This document shows, piece by piece, positions 15,081-24,999 of a stretch of 50,200 bases of DNA; within the stretch, counting starts at the first letter, position 1; every line of letters starts with the position of its first letter. Source of the DNA: a virus (Duplodnaviria; Heunggongvirae; Uroviricota; Caudoviricetes); IMG/VR virus record IMGVR_UViG_3300021399_000001, positions 133,905 through 184,104 of that record. One strand, given 5' to 3'. A program made the position numbers and the translations under genes. The notes under the pieces were generated by a model. That model made no database searches. It was not told the DNA's origin and saw only the letters and a program-made list of their open reading frames with translations.

Positions 15081-15584
15081 ATGGCAAAAGCAACATTACA
15101 ATGTTTTAAATGTAAACAACAATTTTTACGAAATGAATTGGTCGAATATGCTGGACCACGTTCAACTACATTTCATAAATATTGTCCTAATTGTTTAAAA
15201 GAACAACAATCACGTGATAAGTTTTCAGAAAGTGTTTGTAATATTTTTGGTTTAAAGGCACCAGGACCTCGTATATGGGCCGAACGTAAGCGTCTTATGG
15301 ATACTTATGGTTATACTGATCAAACAATTATTGACTGTTTAAATTATATTTATTTAGTAGAAAAAACACAAAAATTATCAGAGTCTCTATGCCTTGTTAA
15401 TCCGCCAACTGTTGAAAGAATGATGAAATATAAGCGGCGTCAAGAATATGAACAAAATAAATTAGCACATGCTTTTGCAGAAAGTATTAATTCTAATGTT
15501 AAACCACGATTAGTAAAAATTAAAGAAAATACTTCTACAGTAGGAAAAAAGAATTGGAGCCTTGATGATTTTTTTGATGATTAA
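15081..15584 (+). CDS. Zn-finger protein preceding the helicase (possible loader or accessory factor)
   Basis: CFKC...CPNC and an acidic/aromatic tail LDDFFDD. Confidence 0.65.
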   Translation: MAKATLQCFKCKQQFLRNELVEYAGPRSTTFHKYCPNCLKEQQSRDKFSESVCNIFGLKAPGPRIWAERKRLMDTYGYTDQTIIDCLNYIYLVEKTQKLSESLCLVNPPTVERMMKYKRRQEYEQNKLAHAFAESINSNVKPRLVKIKENTSTVGKKNWSLDDFFDD

Positions 15585-15596
15585 GGAGAGATGTAA

Positions 15597-17216
15597 ATGA
15601 CACTATCAGATAAGACGGCATATCGTCAGATAGTAGGAAGTTTAATGCATAATCTTCTTTTGTTTGTAGAATATCCAGATATAAATCCTTATGACTTTGT
15701 AGAGGCAAAAGTAGATAGAGCCTGCTTTCTAATAATAAGAGGTATGTATGAAGCAGGAGCAAAAAGTTTAAGTGTATATGAAGTAGATAAGGAATTTGAA
15801 AATCAAAAAGGAACTGCGGCCGCATCTCAATATTTTAGTAATGGCGGTTTAGAGTATTTAAAAAATGCATATGAATTTGCTGAACCAAGCAATTTTCAAA
15901 TGTATTATAACAGATTAAAAAAATATTCATTACTTTATCAATTAAAAAAAGCACATTATGATATTAGTAATTTTTATATAGAAGATAAAGATGCGGATGA
16001 TCCATTAAAAGCAAGTGAAGTTCAAAAGCATTGCGAAGAATCTAGTCTTGATGATATTCTTGCAGAAGTAGAAGGAAAATTTAATGAAATTAGAAATGAT
16101 TTCGTTAATGGTGAAAAAAGAAATGGAGACCCGGCAAATAGTATTTTTGAACTTATTGATAATTTACAAAAAACTCCAAATATCGGTCCTGACCTTGAAG
16201 GAGATATTTTTAGTTCAGTTTGCCGTGGAGCAAGAGAAGGGTGCTTTTTTTTAAAGTCAGCAAGTACAAATGCTGGTAAAAGTAGAACATCAGTTTTTGA
16301 TGCGTGCCGTTTAGCATATCCGAAAAGGTGGTCACATGAAAAAGGAACATTTATTCATGAAATAAATTTTGATGAACCACGGCAACCTCGTAAAGTTTTA
16401 TTTATTGTAACAGAGATGGATGTAGAAGAAATTCAAACAATGATGCTGGCGTATCTATCTGGTGTAGATGAGGCACATATCCTTACTGGTAGATATGAAC
16501 CAGGAGAACTTCAACGAGTAAAATTTGCAGCAACAATAATGCAAGAATATCAAGGTTATTTTTTAATTGAAGAAATTAGTGAACCGAATCTTGTGAATGT
16601 TGAAGCAACAATAAAAAAGTATGCGACAGTAGATGGAGTAAAATATGTGTTCTTTGATTATATCCATTCAACCGCAAGTATGATGAATCAATTTGCGAAA
16701 AATGGTTTGCGCGAAGATGTTATTCTTATGATGATGGCAAATCAATTAAAACAAATAGCAAAAGATTATAATGTTTTTATTTTTTCTGCAACACAAGTAA
16801 ATGCAAAAGGTATGGAAACTGATGGAGAATTTAAAGATGAATCTTGTATTCGTGGCTCAAAAGCAGTAGCAGATAAATGCGATATGGGTTGCGTAATGAG
16901 TAGAGTAGATAATAAAATGTGGGATGATTTAATTCCAAAACTAAGACCTTATGTAAGGGATGGTCTTATCGACGCGGTATATCTAGAAAATCCCGATTAT
17001 CGTCCAACTCATATCATAGATATTTATAAAATGCGTCGTGGACGTTATCGTGGCATAAGAATTTGGTCACATATCCATCTTGGTACAGGAAGAAGAGTTG
17101 ATTTATTTATGACTTCTTCAAATAATTCGCCAATAGAATGGAACGCCGATATTTTTCAAACTACAATAGAAGAAATGATAAGTAATTGGCGTGAAATGAT
17201 AAAGGAGGGCACATAA
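15597..17216 (+). CDS. dnaB: DnaB-like (SF4) replicative helicase
   Basis: ASTNAGKS Walker A, VTEM, VFFDYIH, FSATQVN, RGSKAVADKCD, KMRRG. Confidence 0.9.
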   Translation: MTLSDKTAYRQIVGSLMHNLLLFVEYPDINPYDFVEAKVDRACFLIIRGMYEAGAKSLSVYEVDKEFENQKGTAAASQYFSNGGLEYLKNAYEFAEPSNFQMYYNRLKKYSLLYQLKKAHYDISNFYIEDKDADDPLKASEVQKHCEESSLDDILAEVEGKFNEIRNDFVNGEKRNGDPANSIFELIDNLQKTPNIGPDLEGDIFSSVCRGAREGCFFLKSASTNAGKSRTSVFDACRLAYPKRWSHEKGTFIHEINFDEPRQPRKVLFIVTEMDVEEIQTMMLAYLSGVDEAHILTGRYEPGELQRVKFAATIMQEYQGYFLIEEISEPNLVNVEATIKKYATVDGVKYVFFDYIHSTASMMNQFAKNGLREDVILMMMANQLKQIAKDYNVFIFSATQVNAKGMETDGEFKDESCIRGSKAVADKCDMGCVMSRVDNKMWDDLIPKLRPYVRDGLIDAVYLENPDYRPTHIIDIYKMRRGRYRGIRIWSHIHLGTGRRVDLFMTSSNNSPIEWNADIFQTTIEEMISNWREMIKEGT

Positions 17217-18341
17217 TTGCTAACAACATTACAAAATCAAGATAGCGAACTTGATTTAGCAATAGCAAATAAAAAAGATATTATAGATTCTATAACCCTT
17301 CAAGATGTAAAAAATTTTCTTGAAAGTCTGGGTGTAACTCAGATTATGGTTAATGAAGAAAAACAATATCTTGTATGTCCCACTATTTGTCATAACCCCA
17401 TTAATGAAGCTGAATCTATGAAATTGTATTGGTATCAAAATAATAAAATATTTAGATGCTATACTGAATGTAATGAAGCAATGTCTATATTTAGATTATA
17501 TCAAAAATATATGGCATTAAATCATTATCCAGTTACTATAGAAGAAGCTGAAGATTATGTAAAACAATGTCTAAAACATATTGTTATAAATACAAATAAA
17601 GTATCATATAACTATGAATTAGATTTAAACAAATATCAATTTAATAATAATATTCCAATTCTTGATGAATATCCAAAAGAAGTTTTATCATATTTTACGC
17701 ATTATTATCATCCAACTTGGTTACGAGATGGAATAACTCCAGAAGCTATGGATAGATTTCATATTGGTTTTTCATTAGGACAAAATAAAATTATTATCCC
17801 ACACTTCGATATAAATGGAAGACTAATTGGTATTCGCGGGCGAACTTTAGATAAAAAAGAAGCTGAAGCATATGGAAAATACCGACCATTACAAATCGGT
17901 AAAATAACCTATGCTCATCCATTACAATTTAATTTATATGGGATACACGAACATCAAAATGGAATTAAAACGCGGCGACAAGCAATCATAGCAGAAGCTG
18001 AAAAATCAGTGCTATTAGATGATGGATATTATGGAGATTTAAGTAATTGTGTCGCGTGTTGTGGTTCGACTTTTAATAAATATCATATCAGTTTATTAAC
18101 TAATGTTTTAGGCGCAAATGAAATTATTGTAGCATTAGATAAAGAATATACTGATTGGAAAAGTGAAAAAGCCCGTAAATATAAAGAACGAATTGTATCT
18201 ATGTGTCGTAAATATAGTAATCAAGCAATTTTTTCTTATATTTGGGATTATGATAATGTATTAGAAGAAAAAGATTCTCCTTTTGATAAAGGAAAAGAAG
18301 TTTTTGAACATTTATATAAAACAAGAGTAAAAGTGAGGTAG
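17217..18341 (+). CDS. dnaG: DNA primase (Zn-binding domain plus TOPRIM)
   Basis: CPTICH...CYTEC Zn domain, IIIPHFD..GRLIGIRGR, IAEAEKS, VALDKE. Confidence 0.9.
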   Translation: MLTTLQNQDSELDLAIANKKDIIDSITLQDVKNFLESLGVTQIMVNEEKQYLVCPTICHNPINEAESMKLYWYQNNKIFRCYTECNEAMSIFRLYQKYMALNHYPVTIEEAEDYVKQCLKHIVINTNKVSYNYELDLNKYQFNNNIPILDEYPKEVLSYFTHYYHPTWLRDGITPEAMDRFHIGFSLGQNKIIIPHFDINGRLIGIRGRTLDKKEAEAYGKYRPLQIGKITYAHPLQFNLYGIHEHQNGIKTRRQAIIAEAEKSVLLDDGYYGDLSNCVACCGSTFNKYHISLLTNVLGANEIIVALDKEYTDWKSEKARKYKERIVSMCRKYSNQAIFSYIWDYDNVLEEKDSPFDKGKEVFEHLYKTRVKVR

Positions 18342-18343
18342 TT

Positions 18344-18835
18344 ATGGCTCAAATTATTACAGCACCAAATATAGAAATTCCAAAATTTTCTTCTGTATTT
18401 TTAGCCGGCGGTATTACTAAATGTAAAAACTGGCAAGAGAAAACAATAAAAGAATTAGAATTTGAAGAAATTTCTATTTTTAATCCTCGTCAAGAAAACT
18501 TTAATATAAAAGATAAAACCGCATCATTAAAACAAATAACTTGGGAATTTGAAAGATTAGAACAAATGGATATATTTAGTATGTACTTTTGTGAAAGTGA
18601 ATCTGATCAACCAATTTGTATGTATGAATTAGGACGTAATATAGTACGTATGCAAAACAGATTCCCAGTTGATTGGCAAAAAAGAATTATTATTAGTATT
18701 GAAAGAAATTATATACGAAAACAAGACGTCATTGTACAAACTAGTTTATGCGCTCCTCAATTATTTATTGATAGTAATGCCGATCCAATAGCTCATGCTT
18801 ATTATATTAAAAATAGTTTAAGAAAGATAAGGTGA
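18344..18835 (+). CDS. nucleoside 2-deoxyribosyltransferase-like protein (second NDT-fold type)
   Basis: SVFLAGGIT...NWQ, FNPR, QITWEF..L, QPICMYELG. Confidence 0.8.
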   Translation: MAQIITAPNIEIPKFSSVFLAGGITKCKNWQEKTIKELEFEEISIFNPRQENFNIKDKTASLKQITWEFERLEQMDIFSMYFCESESDQPICMYELGRNIVRMQNRFPVDWQKRIIISIERNYIRKQDVIVQTSLCAPQLFIDSNADPIAHAYYIKNSLRKIR

Positions 18836-18842
18836 ATAAATT

Positions 18843-20615
18843 ATGCAATATAGATTAAGAAATTATTATACAACAAATCCAGAATACGCTCTACAAGAAA
18901 TTCTTAGAGATCGTGGTGTAAAAGATATTGAAAATTTTTTATATCCAACTTCAAAATGCGAATTAGATCCATATGGTCTTGAAAATATTGATTTAGCCGC
19001 GGATATGCTCTTGCGACATTTACGCGCTGACAGTAAAATTATGTTTGTAGTGGATTCAGATTGCGATGGATTCACTTCTTCTTCCATTTTATGGCTTTAT
19101 ATTAAACATATTTTTCCAAAAGCTAATTTAAATTTTACTTTACATGAACATAAACAGCATGGACTAGATGATAAAATTGATTGGTTAGAAACATTGAATG
19201 ATATTGATTTGGTTATTTGTCCTGATTCTGCTAGTTATGATGTAGAAGAACATCAACGGCTTGCTGATTTAGGAATTGATTGCCTTGTGCTTGACCATCA
19301 CGAGCAGCTATATGATACAGACGGCAATCCAGTAATCTCAACAGCTCCAAATACAATTATTGTAAACAATCAGCTTTCGCCGCATTATGAAAACAAATCA
19401 CTTTGCGGTGCCGGTGTAGTATATAAATTCTGTGAAGTATTAGATGAAGTTCTTGGTATTCATCAAGCACAAGAATATATGGATTTAGTAGCTCTTGGAG
19501 AAATTGCGGATGTTATGGATAGGACAACAGCTGAAACTAATTATTTAATGTTAGAAGGATTATCTAATATTCAAAATAAAGGTTTCCAAACTCTATTAGC
19601 TTCTCAATCTTATTCCTTAAAAGAGAAAGCAACATTTCCTTGGTATGGTTTAACTCCAATTGATATTGCCTTTTATATTGCGCCACTGATTAACGCTCTT
19701 ACTCGCGTTGGTTCTATGAAAGAAAAAGAAGCAATGTTTTATTGTTTTGTAGAACCTGATTTAGTTCTCCCAAGCACAAAACGCGGAGCAAAAGTTGGAG
19801 ACACTGAGACTGCCGCAGAACAAACCGCGCGAGTAGGTAAAAATGCAAAGGCTCGCCAAGATAAATTAAAGGAAAAGGCTATTGACCTTATTGATTTTAA
19901 AATCCAAAAAAATGACCTAGCAAACAATAATATTATTCTTGTAGAAATTGAACCAGAAGATAATATTCCACAAGAATTAACTGGATTAGTTGCAATGGCT
20001 ATTGTAAATAAATATAATAAGCCAGTTATGATTGGCCGCCGAAATGATAATGGTGAAATTAATGGAAGTATTCGTAGTAGTGGAAATTTCGCAGGCCTAC
20101 CTAGTTTTAAACAATTTCTTGAAGAAAGTAATTTAATGAACTACGTTGCAGGCCATGACGCAGCGGCCGGCTTTGGAATTAATAGCACATTAGATGAACG
20201 GCTATTAAATTATAGCAATGAAGTTCTTAATGACGATGATTTTAAAAAGTGCTACACTGTAGATTATATACTTGACGCTAACGATAATAATACTGAATTA
20301 CTTACGGTGCTAGCCTCACATCCAGAATTTTTTGGTAATCATATAGATGAAATTAAATTTGTAATTAAAAATATTACACTTTCAAATGTTATGGCTATGG
20401 GCGCGAATAAAGATAGCATGAAGATTTCTTGCAATGGTGTTGATTATGTAAGGTTCAAGGATATGGATTTTGTTGACGCTGTTATGAATAATAGAACTGA
20501 TAAACTTACAGTTTATGGGCGCGCGAACCTAAACACTTTTGCTGGCCGTACATCTATTCAAATATTTATTGATGATTATGAAATTATAAAGGATGAAAAT
20601 AAATATGAATTCTGA
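18843..20615 (+). CDS. recJ: RecJ-like ssDNA exonuclease (DHH/DHHA1)
   Basis: DSDCDG, PDSA, LDHH, LCGAGV, ALGEIADVM, GSIRS, GHDAAAG. Confidence 0.93.
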   Translation: MQYRLRNYYTTNPEYALQEILRDRGVKDIENFLYPTSKCELDPYGLENIDLAADMLLRHLRADSKIMFVVDSDCDGFTSSSILWLYIKHIFPKANLNFTLHEHKQHGLDDKIDWLETLNDIDLVICPDSASYDVEEHQRLADLGIDCLVLDHHEQLYDTDGNPVISTAPNTIIVNNQLSPHYENKSLCGAGVVYKFCEVLDEVLGIHQAQEYMDLVALGEIADVMDRTTAETNYLMLEGLSNIQNKGFQTLLASQSYSLKEKATFPWYGLTPIDIAFYIAPLINALTRVGSMKEKEAMFYCFVEPDLVLPSTKRGAKVGDTETAAEQTARVGKNAKARQDKLKEKAIDLIDFKIQKNDLANNNIILVEIEPEDNIPQELTGLVAMAIVNKYNKPVMIGRRNDNGEINGSIRSSGNFAGLPSFKQFLEESNLMNYVAGHDAAAGFGINSTLDERLLNYSNEVLNDDDFKKCYTVDYILDANDNNTELLTVLASHPEFFGNHIDEIKFVIKNITLSNVMAMGANKDSMKISCNGVDYVRFKDMDFVDAVMNNRTDKLTVYGRANLNTFAGRTSIQIFIDDYEIIKDENKYEF

Positions 20616-20949
20616 TATTATTTATTTTGAATTAAATGATTGGGAACCCAATGAAGATTATCCTAATGAAGAACCCTTTAAAACATGGATGGAAGCTTTG
20701 CCTTTTCCTCTAATAGATGATAAGTGGGCAAAAGAAAATAAATTATGCATAGTTTACGAACTCGTTGATCAATCTATGAATTATTGTATTACTGCTAATA
20801 GAAATTGGGTTGAAAAAAATTGTCCTCGATTATTGACACACTATCAACGATTTTTACGAGAGCCTGAAAATAATGAAACATATGGGCATTGGGGAACAAA
20901 ATTCTTGGAATATAAACCTGAAAATTTTGGAAGTAATTATCAGAGATAA
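20605..20949 (+). CDS. hypothetical protein
   Basis: Overlaps the recJ stop. An alternative ATG lies at 20593. Confidence 0.65.
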   Translation: MNSDIIYFELNDWEPNEDYPNEEPFKTWMEALPFPLIDDKWAKENKLCIVYELVDQSMNYCITANRNWVEKNCPRLLTHYQRFLREPENNETYGHWGTKFLEYKPENFGSNYQR

Positions 20950-20950
20950 T

Positions 20951-20979
20951 TTGACAAAATTATGATTCTATGATATAAT
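20951..20979 (+). promoter_or_regulatory. SigA-type promoter for dnaE
   Basis: TTGACA, 17 bp spacer, TG-A-TATAAT. Confidence 0.9.
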
Positions 20980-21009
20980 AATTATAGAATAAAGAAAGGA
21001 AGTGATTGT

Positions 21010-24000
21010 GTGAGTAAATACCCAGGTAGTCTTCATAATCACACAGATTATAGCAATGAGACTTTACGAGATTGTATTAATAAAGTAAATTCTCTGATTG
21101 ATACAGCAATTAATTTGAATCATGAATGTGTAGCAATTACAGATCATGAAACCATTTCAAGTTATATTAAAGCTGAAAAATATTATAATAAAATTAAAAA
21201 GGAACATCCAAATTTTAAACTTATTCGTGGCAATGAAATTTATCTTACACGGAATGATTTAAACGCGACAAATTATGACAAGAATAAAGATAGGTATTTC
21301 CACTTTATTCTTCTTTGTCGTGATTTGGAAGGTTATCATCAGATTTGTGAACTTTCTACTCGCGCGTGGCGTCGTTCTTATATTAGTCGTAGATTAAGGA
21401 GACGTCCAACTTATTATCGAGATTTAAAGGAAGTTGTAAAACCAAACCAGGGACATTTAATTGCATCATCAGCATGTCTTGGATCACAGCTAGATAAATT
21501 TCTTTTAAGATATATGGATACTGGCGATGAAGAATTTTATAAGACAGCTAAAAGCTGGTGTTTATATATTGAAGATATATTTGGTCGCGGTAATTTTTAT
21601 CTTGAATTACAGCCATCTAATAATAAAGAGCAAATATTTGTTAATCAACATCTTATCAAGATAGCAAATGAATTAAAGCTACCATATATTATCACAACTG
21701 ATAGCCATTATTTGCGGCCAGAAGATTCATTTATTCATGAATCTTTTCTTAACGCCCAAGATGGTGAGCGCGAAGTAAGAAGTTTCTATGAAACAACCTA
21801 CATGATGAGTGATGAAGAAATTCGTTCATTTTTTCCTTATCTTGAAGAAGAAGAAATTGAAATAGCATTTGATTATATTAGAGAAATTAAAGATAGATGC
21901 GAAGATTTCTCAATACTAAAGCCGCTAGAAATTCCTAATCTACCTTGGCGAGATTATAATGACCCTGGAGATGAAAGAATTTTATGGGGCATTAAGCAAA
22001 TGCCAGCCCTAGAAAAATTTGTATATTCTCAATATAATGCTGATAACATTCTATCATGGGCTGTATTGGATGGAATTGAAAGACATAGAGATTTACAGAA
22101 TAATAAAGCGTATAACGCATTAAATGAATGTCTTGAAATGACATGGGAATCAAGCGAAGTAAATAAAGCACGTTGGTCCGCCTATTTCTTAAATCTTCAA
22201 AAGATTATTGATGAATGCTGGAACGCTGGTACTTTAGTTATGCCCGCGCGTGGCTCTGGTGGTGGCTTTCTACTTCTATATGCACTAGACATTATTCAAA
22301 TTAATGCTCTGCGTGAAAAGACTGCTATGTATCCTTGGCGTTTCCTCAATCCAGCTCGTGTATCTGTTCTTGATATTGATGTAGACATTTCTGGTATTAA
22401 GCGCGCGCAAGTATTAGAGCATTTGAGAAAGTATTATGGCGAGAACCGAGTATCAAATGTTGCGACATTTAAAGTAGAGAAATCAAAATCTGCAATTCTT
22501 ACCGCATGTCGTGGACTAGGAATTGATGTAGATAATGCCCAGTATATTTCTTCTCTAATAACACAAGAACGTGGTCAAGCATATACATTGCATCAAATGT
22601 ATTATGGTGATGAAGAAAATGGTATAAAACCAAATCCAACATTTGTTGAAGAAATAAATAAGTATGACAAATTATGGGAAGTCGCAAGTAAAATTGAAGG
22701 TCTAATTTGTGGTTATGGTATTCACGCTGGTGGCGTAGTATTTAAAGATAAGGATTTCACTGAATCTAGTGCGCTTATGCGTGCGCCCGATGGAACAATT
22801 ATTACTCAGTTTGAGCTTCACGATTTGGAAGATGTTTCAGAAATCAAAATGGACCTTCTATCAGTTGAAGCAGCAGATAAAATTCAAACTTGTCTTGAAC
22901 TGCTAATTAAAGATGGATATATTAAACAATATCCTACTTTGCGTGAAACTTATGAAAACGCGCTTGGCGTTTATAATATTCTTCGTGATGATGAAGAAAT
23001 GTGGAAGTTAGTAGACGAGCATAAAATCGTTAGTCTTTTTCAAATGGAAAAAGCGAGCGGTATCCGCGGCATTTCATTAACTCACCCTAAGAATGTTGAT
23101 GACCTAGCCACTTTAAATTCTGTTATTCGTCTAATGGCTTCTGAAAAGGGCGCTGAAGCGCCACTAGATAAATATGCTCGTTTTCGTAAACATCCTAATG
23201 ATTGGGAAATCGAAATGATCCAATATGGTCTTTCAAATAAGGAACGAGAATTGCTTCATGAGCAATTAGATGTTTCAGACGGTTTGTCAATTACACAGGA
23301 ACAATTTATGAAATTGGTTCAGCTACCTGAATGCGGCGGCTGGGACTTGCAATGGGCAGATAGGCTTCGTAAAAGTATTGCAAAGAAGAATCCAAAAGAA
23401 TATGAGCAATTAACAAAAGAATTTTATGAGCGAGTAGAGGAAAAAAATCTTAGCAAAAGATTTTGTCATTATGTTTGGGACATTCAGATAGCATTAAGTC
23501 GCGGATATGGTTTTAATGCGAGTCATACTTATGCTTATTCCATTATTGCTCTTCAAGAAATGAACTTAGCATATAGATATCCAATTGTGTATTGGAATAC
23601 AGCCAATTTAATTGTAGACAGTGGTGGCGTTCAAGCGGAAGATATTGATGAAGAAGATGAAGATGAAATTCAAGCTGTCTTATTAGAAAATAGCGTTGAA
23701 TATATGAACACTTGTGAATATTTAGATGAGGAAGACGAAGAAGAGTGGGAAGAAGCAAATGAAGAAACAACCGAAGCAACGGCAGATAAAAAGAAGAAAA
23801 AGAATAAAGTCGTTGATTATGGACGCATCGCCTCTATTATTGGTAAAATGGGGGATTACGGAATTAAAGTATCTCCACCTGACATCAACCAATCTTCTTT
23901 TACATTTACACCCATTGCAAAAGATAATGTTATTCTTTATGGGCTACGCGGCATCACTCGCGTCTCCACGGACAAGATTAATGAAATTATGGCTATGCGA

Positions 24001-24999
24001 CCATATGAGTCATTGAAGGATTTCTTAATGAAAATTAAAGTAAATAAACTTCAAATGATAAATTTAATTAAGTCTGGCGCATTTGATAATATTGAAAATA
24101 TTCCACGCGAACAAATCATGGCAAAGTATATTGACATGATTGCAGATAAGAAGCAAAGATTGACTCTTCAAAATATGTCAATGTTGATTGCGAAAAATCA
24201 GATACCAGCTGATATGCAATTCTATGCGAAGTTATTTTCATTCAATAAGTTTCTAAAGACCTGCAAAAATGGAATTTATTATGAGTTAAATGAAGCCGCG
24301 ATTAACTTTATTGACAATCATTTTGATATAGATATAGTTGAAGATGGTACAAGGGTTTTACAAAAAACTTGGGATAACATCTATAAGAAGGCAATGGAAC
24401 CAATGCGTCAGTATTTAAAAGATAATAAAGAAGAGGCGTTGGCTAAGTTAAATAAGGCTTTATACGATGAAATTGCTGATAAGTATGCTGATGGTAATAT
24501 TAGTAAGTGGGAAATGGATAGTATCTCATTCTATTATCATGAACATGAATTAGCAAAAGCTAAAAATGACTTTGATGATTTCTTCAAATTATCAGAAGAA
24601 CCTGAAATTGAATATAGTTTTTCTGGAAACAATGGACAAGAAATAAAAGTATATAAGTTATTTAAAATAATTGGAACTGTAATTGATAAGGATAAGAATC
24701 GCAATACTGTTACACTTTTAACTCCAACAGGCGTTGTAAATGTAAAGGTTTATAAGAATCAATATGCGATTTATGACAAACAATTAAGTCAGCGCGGCGA
24801 TGATGGCAAAAAACATGTTATTGAAAAGAGCTGGTTCTCGCGCGGGACAAAACTAATGGTTCAAGGTATTCGTCGCGGAAACGACTTTATTCCAAAGAAA
24901 AAGAAACAATCAATCTATCCAATTATTTCAAAAATAACAAATATAGACGAATATGGAAACTTAACTTTCCAATATGAGCGCGCGGAGGTAGAAGAATGA
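21010..24999 (+). CDS. dnaE: DNA polymerase III alpha subunit (family C, PHP domain, C-terminal OB fold)
   Basis: HNHTDYS, ITDHE, GNEIY, SACLGS, TTDSHY, RGSGGG, DIDVD, GIHAGG, KMDLL, GYGFNASH..AYS. Confidence 0.95.
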   Translation: MSKYPGSLHNHTDYSNETLRDCINKVNSLIDTAINLNHECVAITDHETISSYIKAEKYYNKIKKEHPNFKLIRGNEIYLTRNDLNATNYDKNKDRYFHFILLCRDLEGYHQICELSTRAWRRSYISRRLRRRPTYYRDLKEVVKPNQGHLIASSACLGSQLDKFLLRYMDTGDEEFYKTAKSWCLYIEDIFGRGNFYLELQPSNNKEQIFVNQHLIKIANELKLPYIITTDSHYLRPEDSFIHESFLNAQDGEREVRSFYETTYMMSDEEIRSFFPYLEEEEIEIAFDYIREIKDRCEDFSILKPLEIPNLPWRDYNDPGDERILWGIKQMPALEKFVYSQYNADNILSWAVLDGIERHRDLQNNKAYNALNECLEMTWESSEVNKARWSAYFLNLQKIIDECWNAGTLVMPARGSGGGFLLLYALDIIQINALREKTAMYPWRFLNPARVSVLDIDVDISGIKRAQVLEHLRKYYGENRVSNVATFKVEKSKSAILTACRGLGIDVDNAQYISSLITQERGQAYTLHQMYYGDEENGIKPNPTFVEEINKYDKLWEVASKIEGLICGYGIHAGGVVFKDKDFTESSALMRAPDGTIITQFELHDLEDVSEIKMDLLSVEAADKIQTCLELLIKDGYIKQYPTLRETYENALGVYNILRDDEEMWKLVDEHKIVSLFQMEKASGIRGISLTHPKNVDDLATLNSVIRLMASEKGAEAPLDKYARFRKHPNDWEIEMIQYGLSNKERELLHEQLDVSDGLSITQEQFMKLVQLPECGGWDLQWADRLRKSIAKKNPKEYEQLTKEFYERVEEKNLSKRFCHYVWDIQIALSRGYGFNASHTYAYSIIALQEMNLAYRYPIVYWNTANLIVDSGGVQAEDIDEEDEDEIQAVLLENSVEYMNTCEYLDEEDEEEWEEANEETTEATADKKKKKNKVVDYGRIASIIGKMGDYGIKVSPPDINQSSFTFTPIAKDNVILYGLRGITRVSTDKINEIMAMRPYESLKDFLMKIKVNKLQMINLIKSGAFDNIENIPREQIMAKYIDMIADKKQRLTLQNMSMLIAKNQIPADMQFYAKLFSFNKFLKTCKNGIYYELNEAAINFIDNHFDIDIVEDGTRVLQKTWDNIYKKAMEPMRQYLKDNKEEALAKLNKALYDEIADKYADGNISKWEMDSISFYYHEHELAKAKNDFDDFFKLSEEPEIEYSFSGNNGQEIKVYKLFKIIGTVIDKDKNRNTVTLLTPTGVVNVKVYKNQYAIYDKQLSQRGDDGKKHVIEKSWFSRGTKLMVQGIRRGNDFIPKKKKQSIYPIISKITNIDEYGNLTFQYERAEVEE

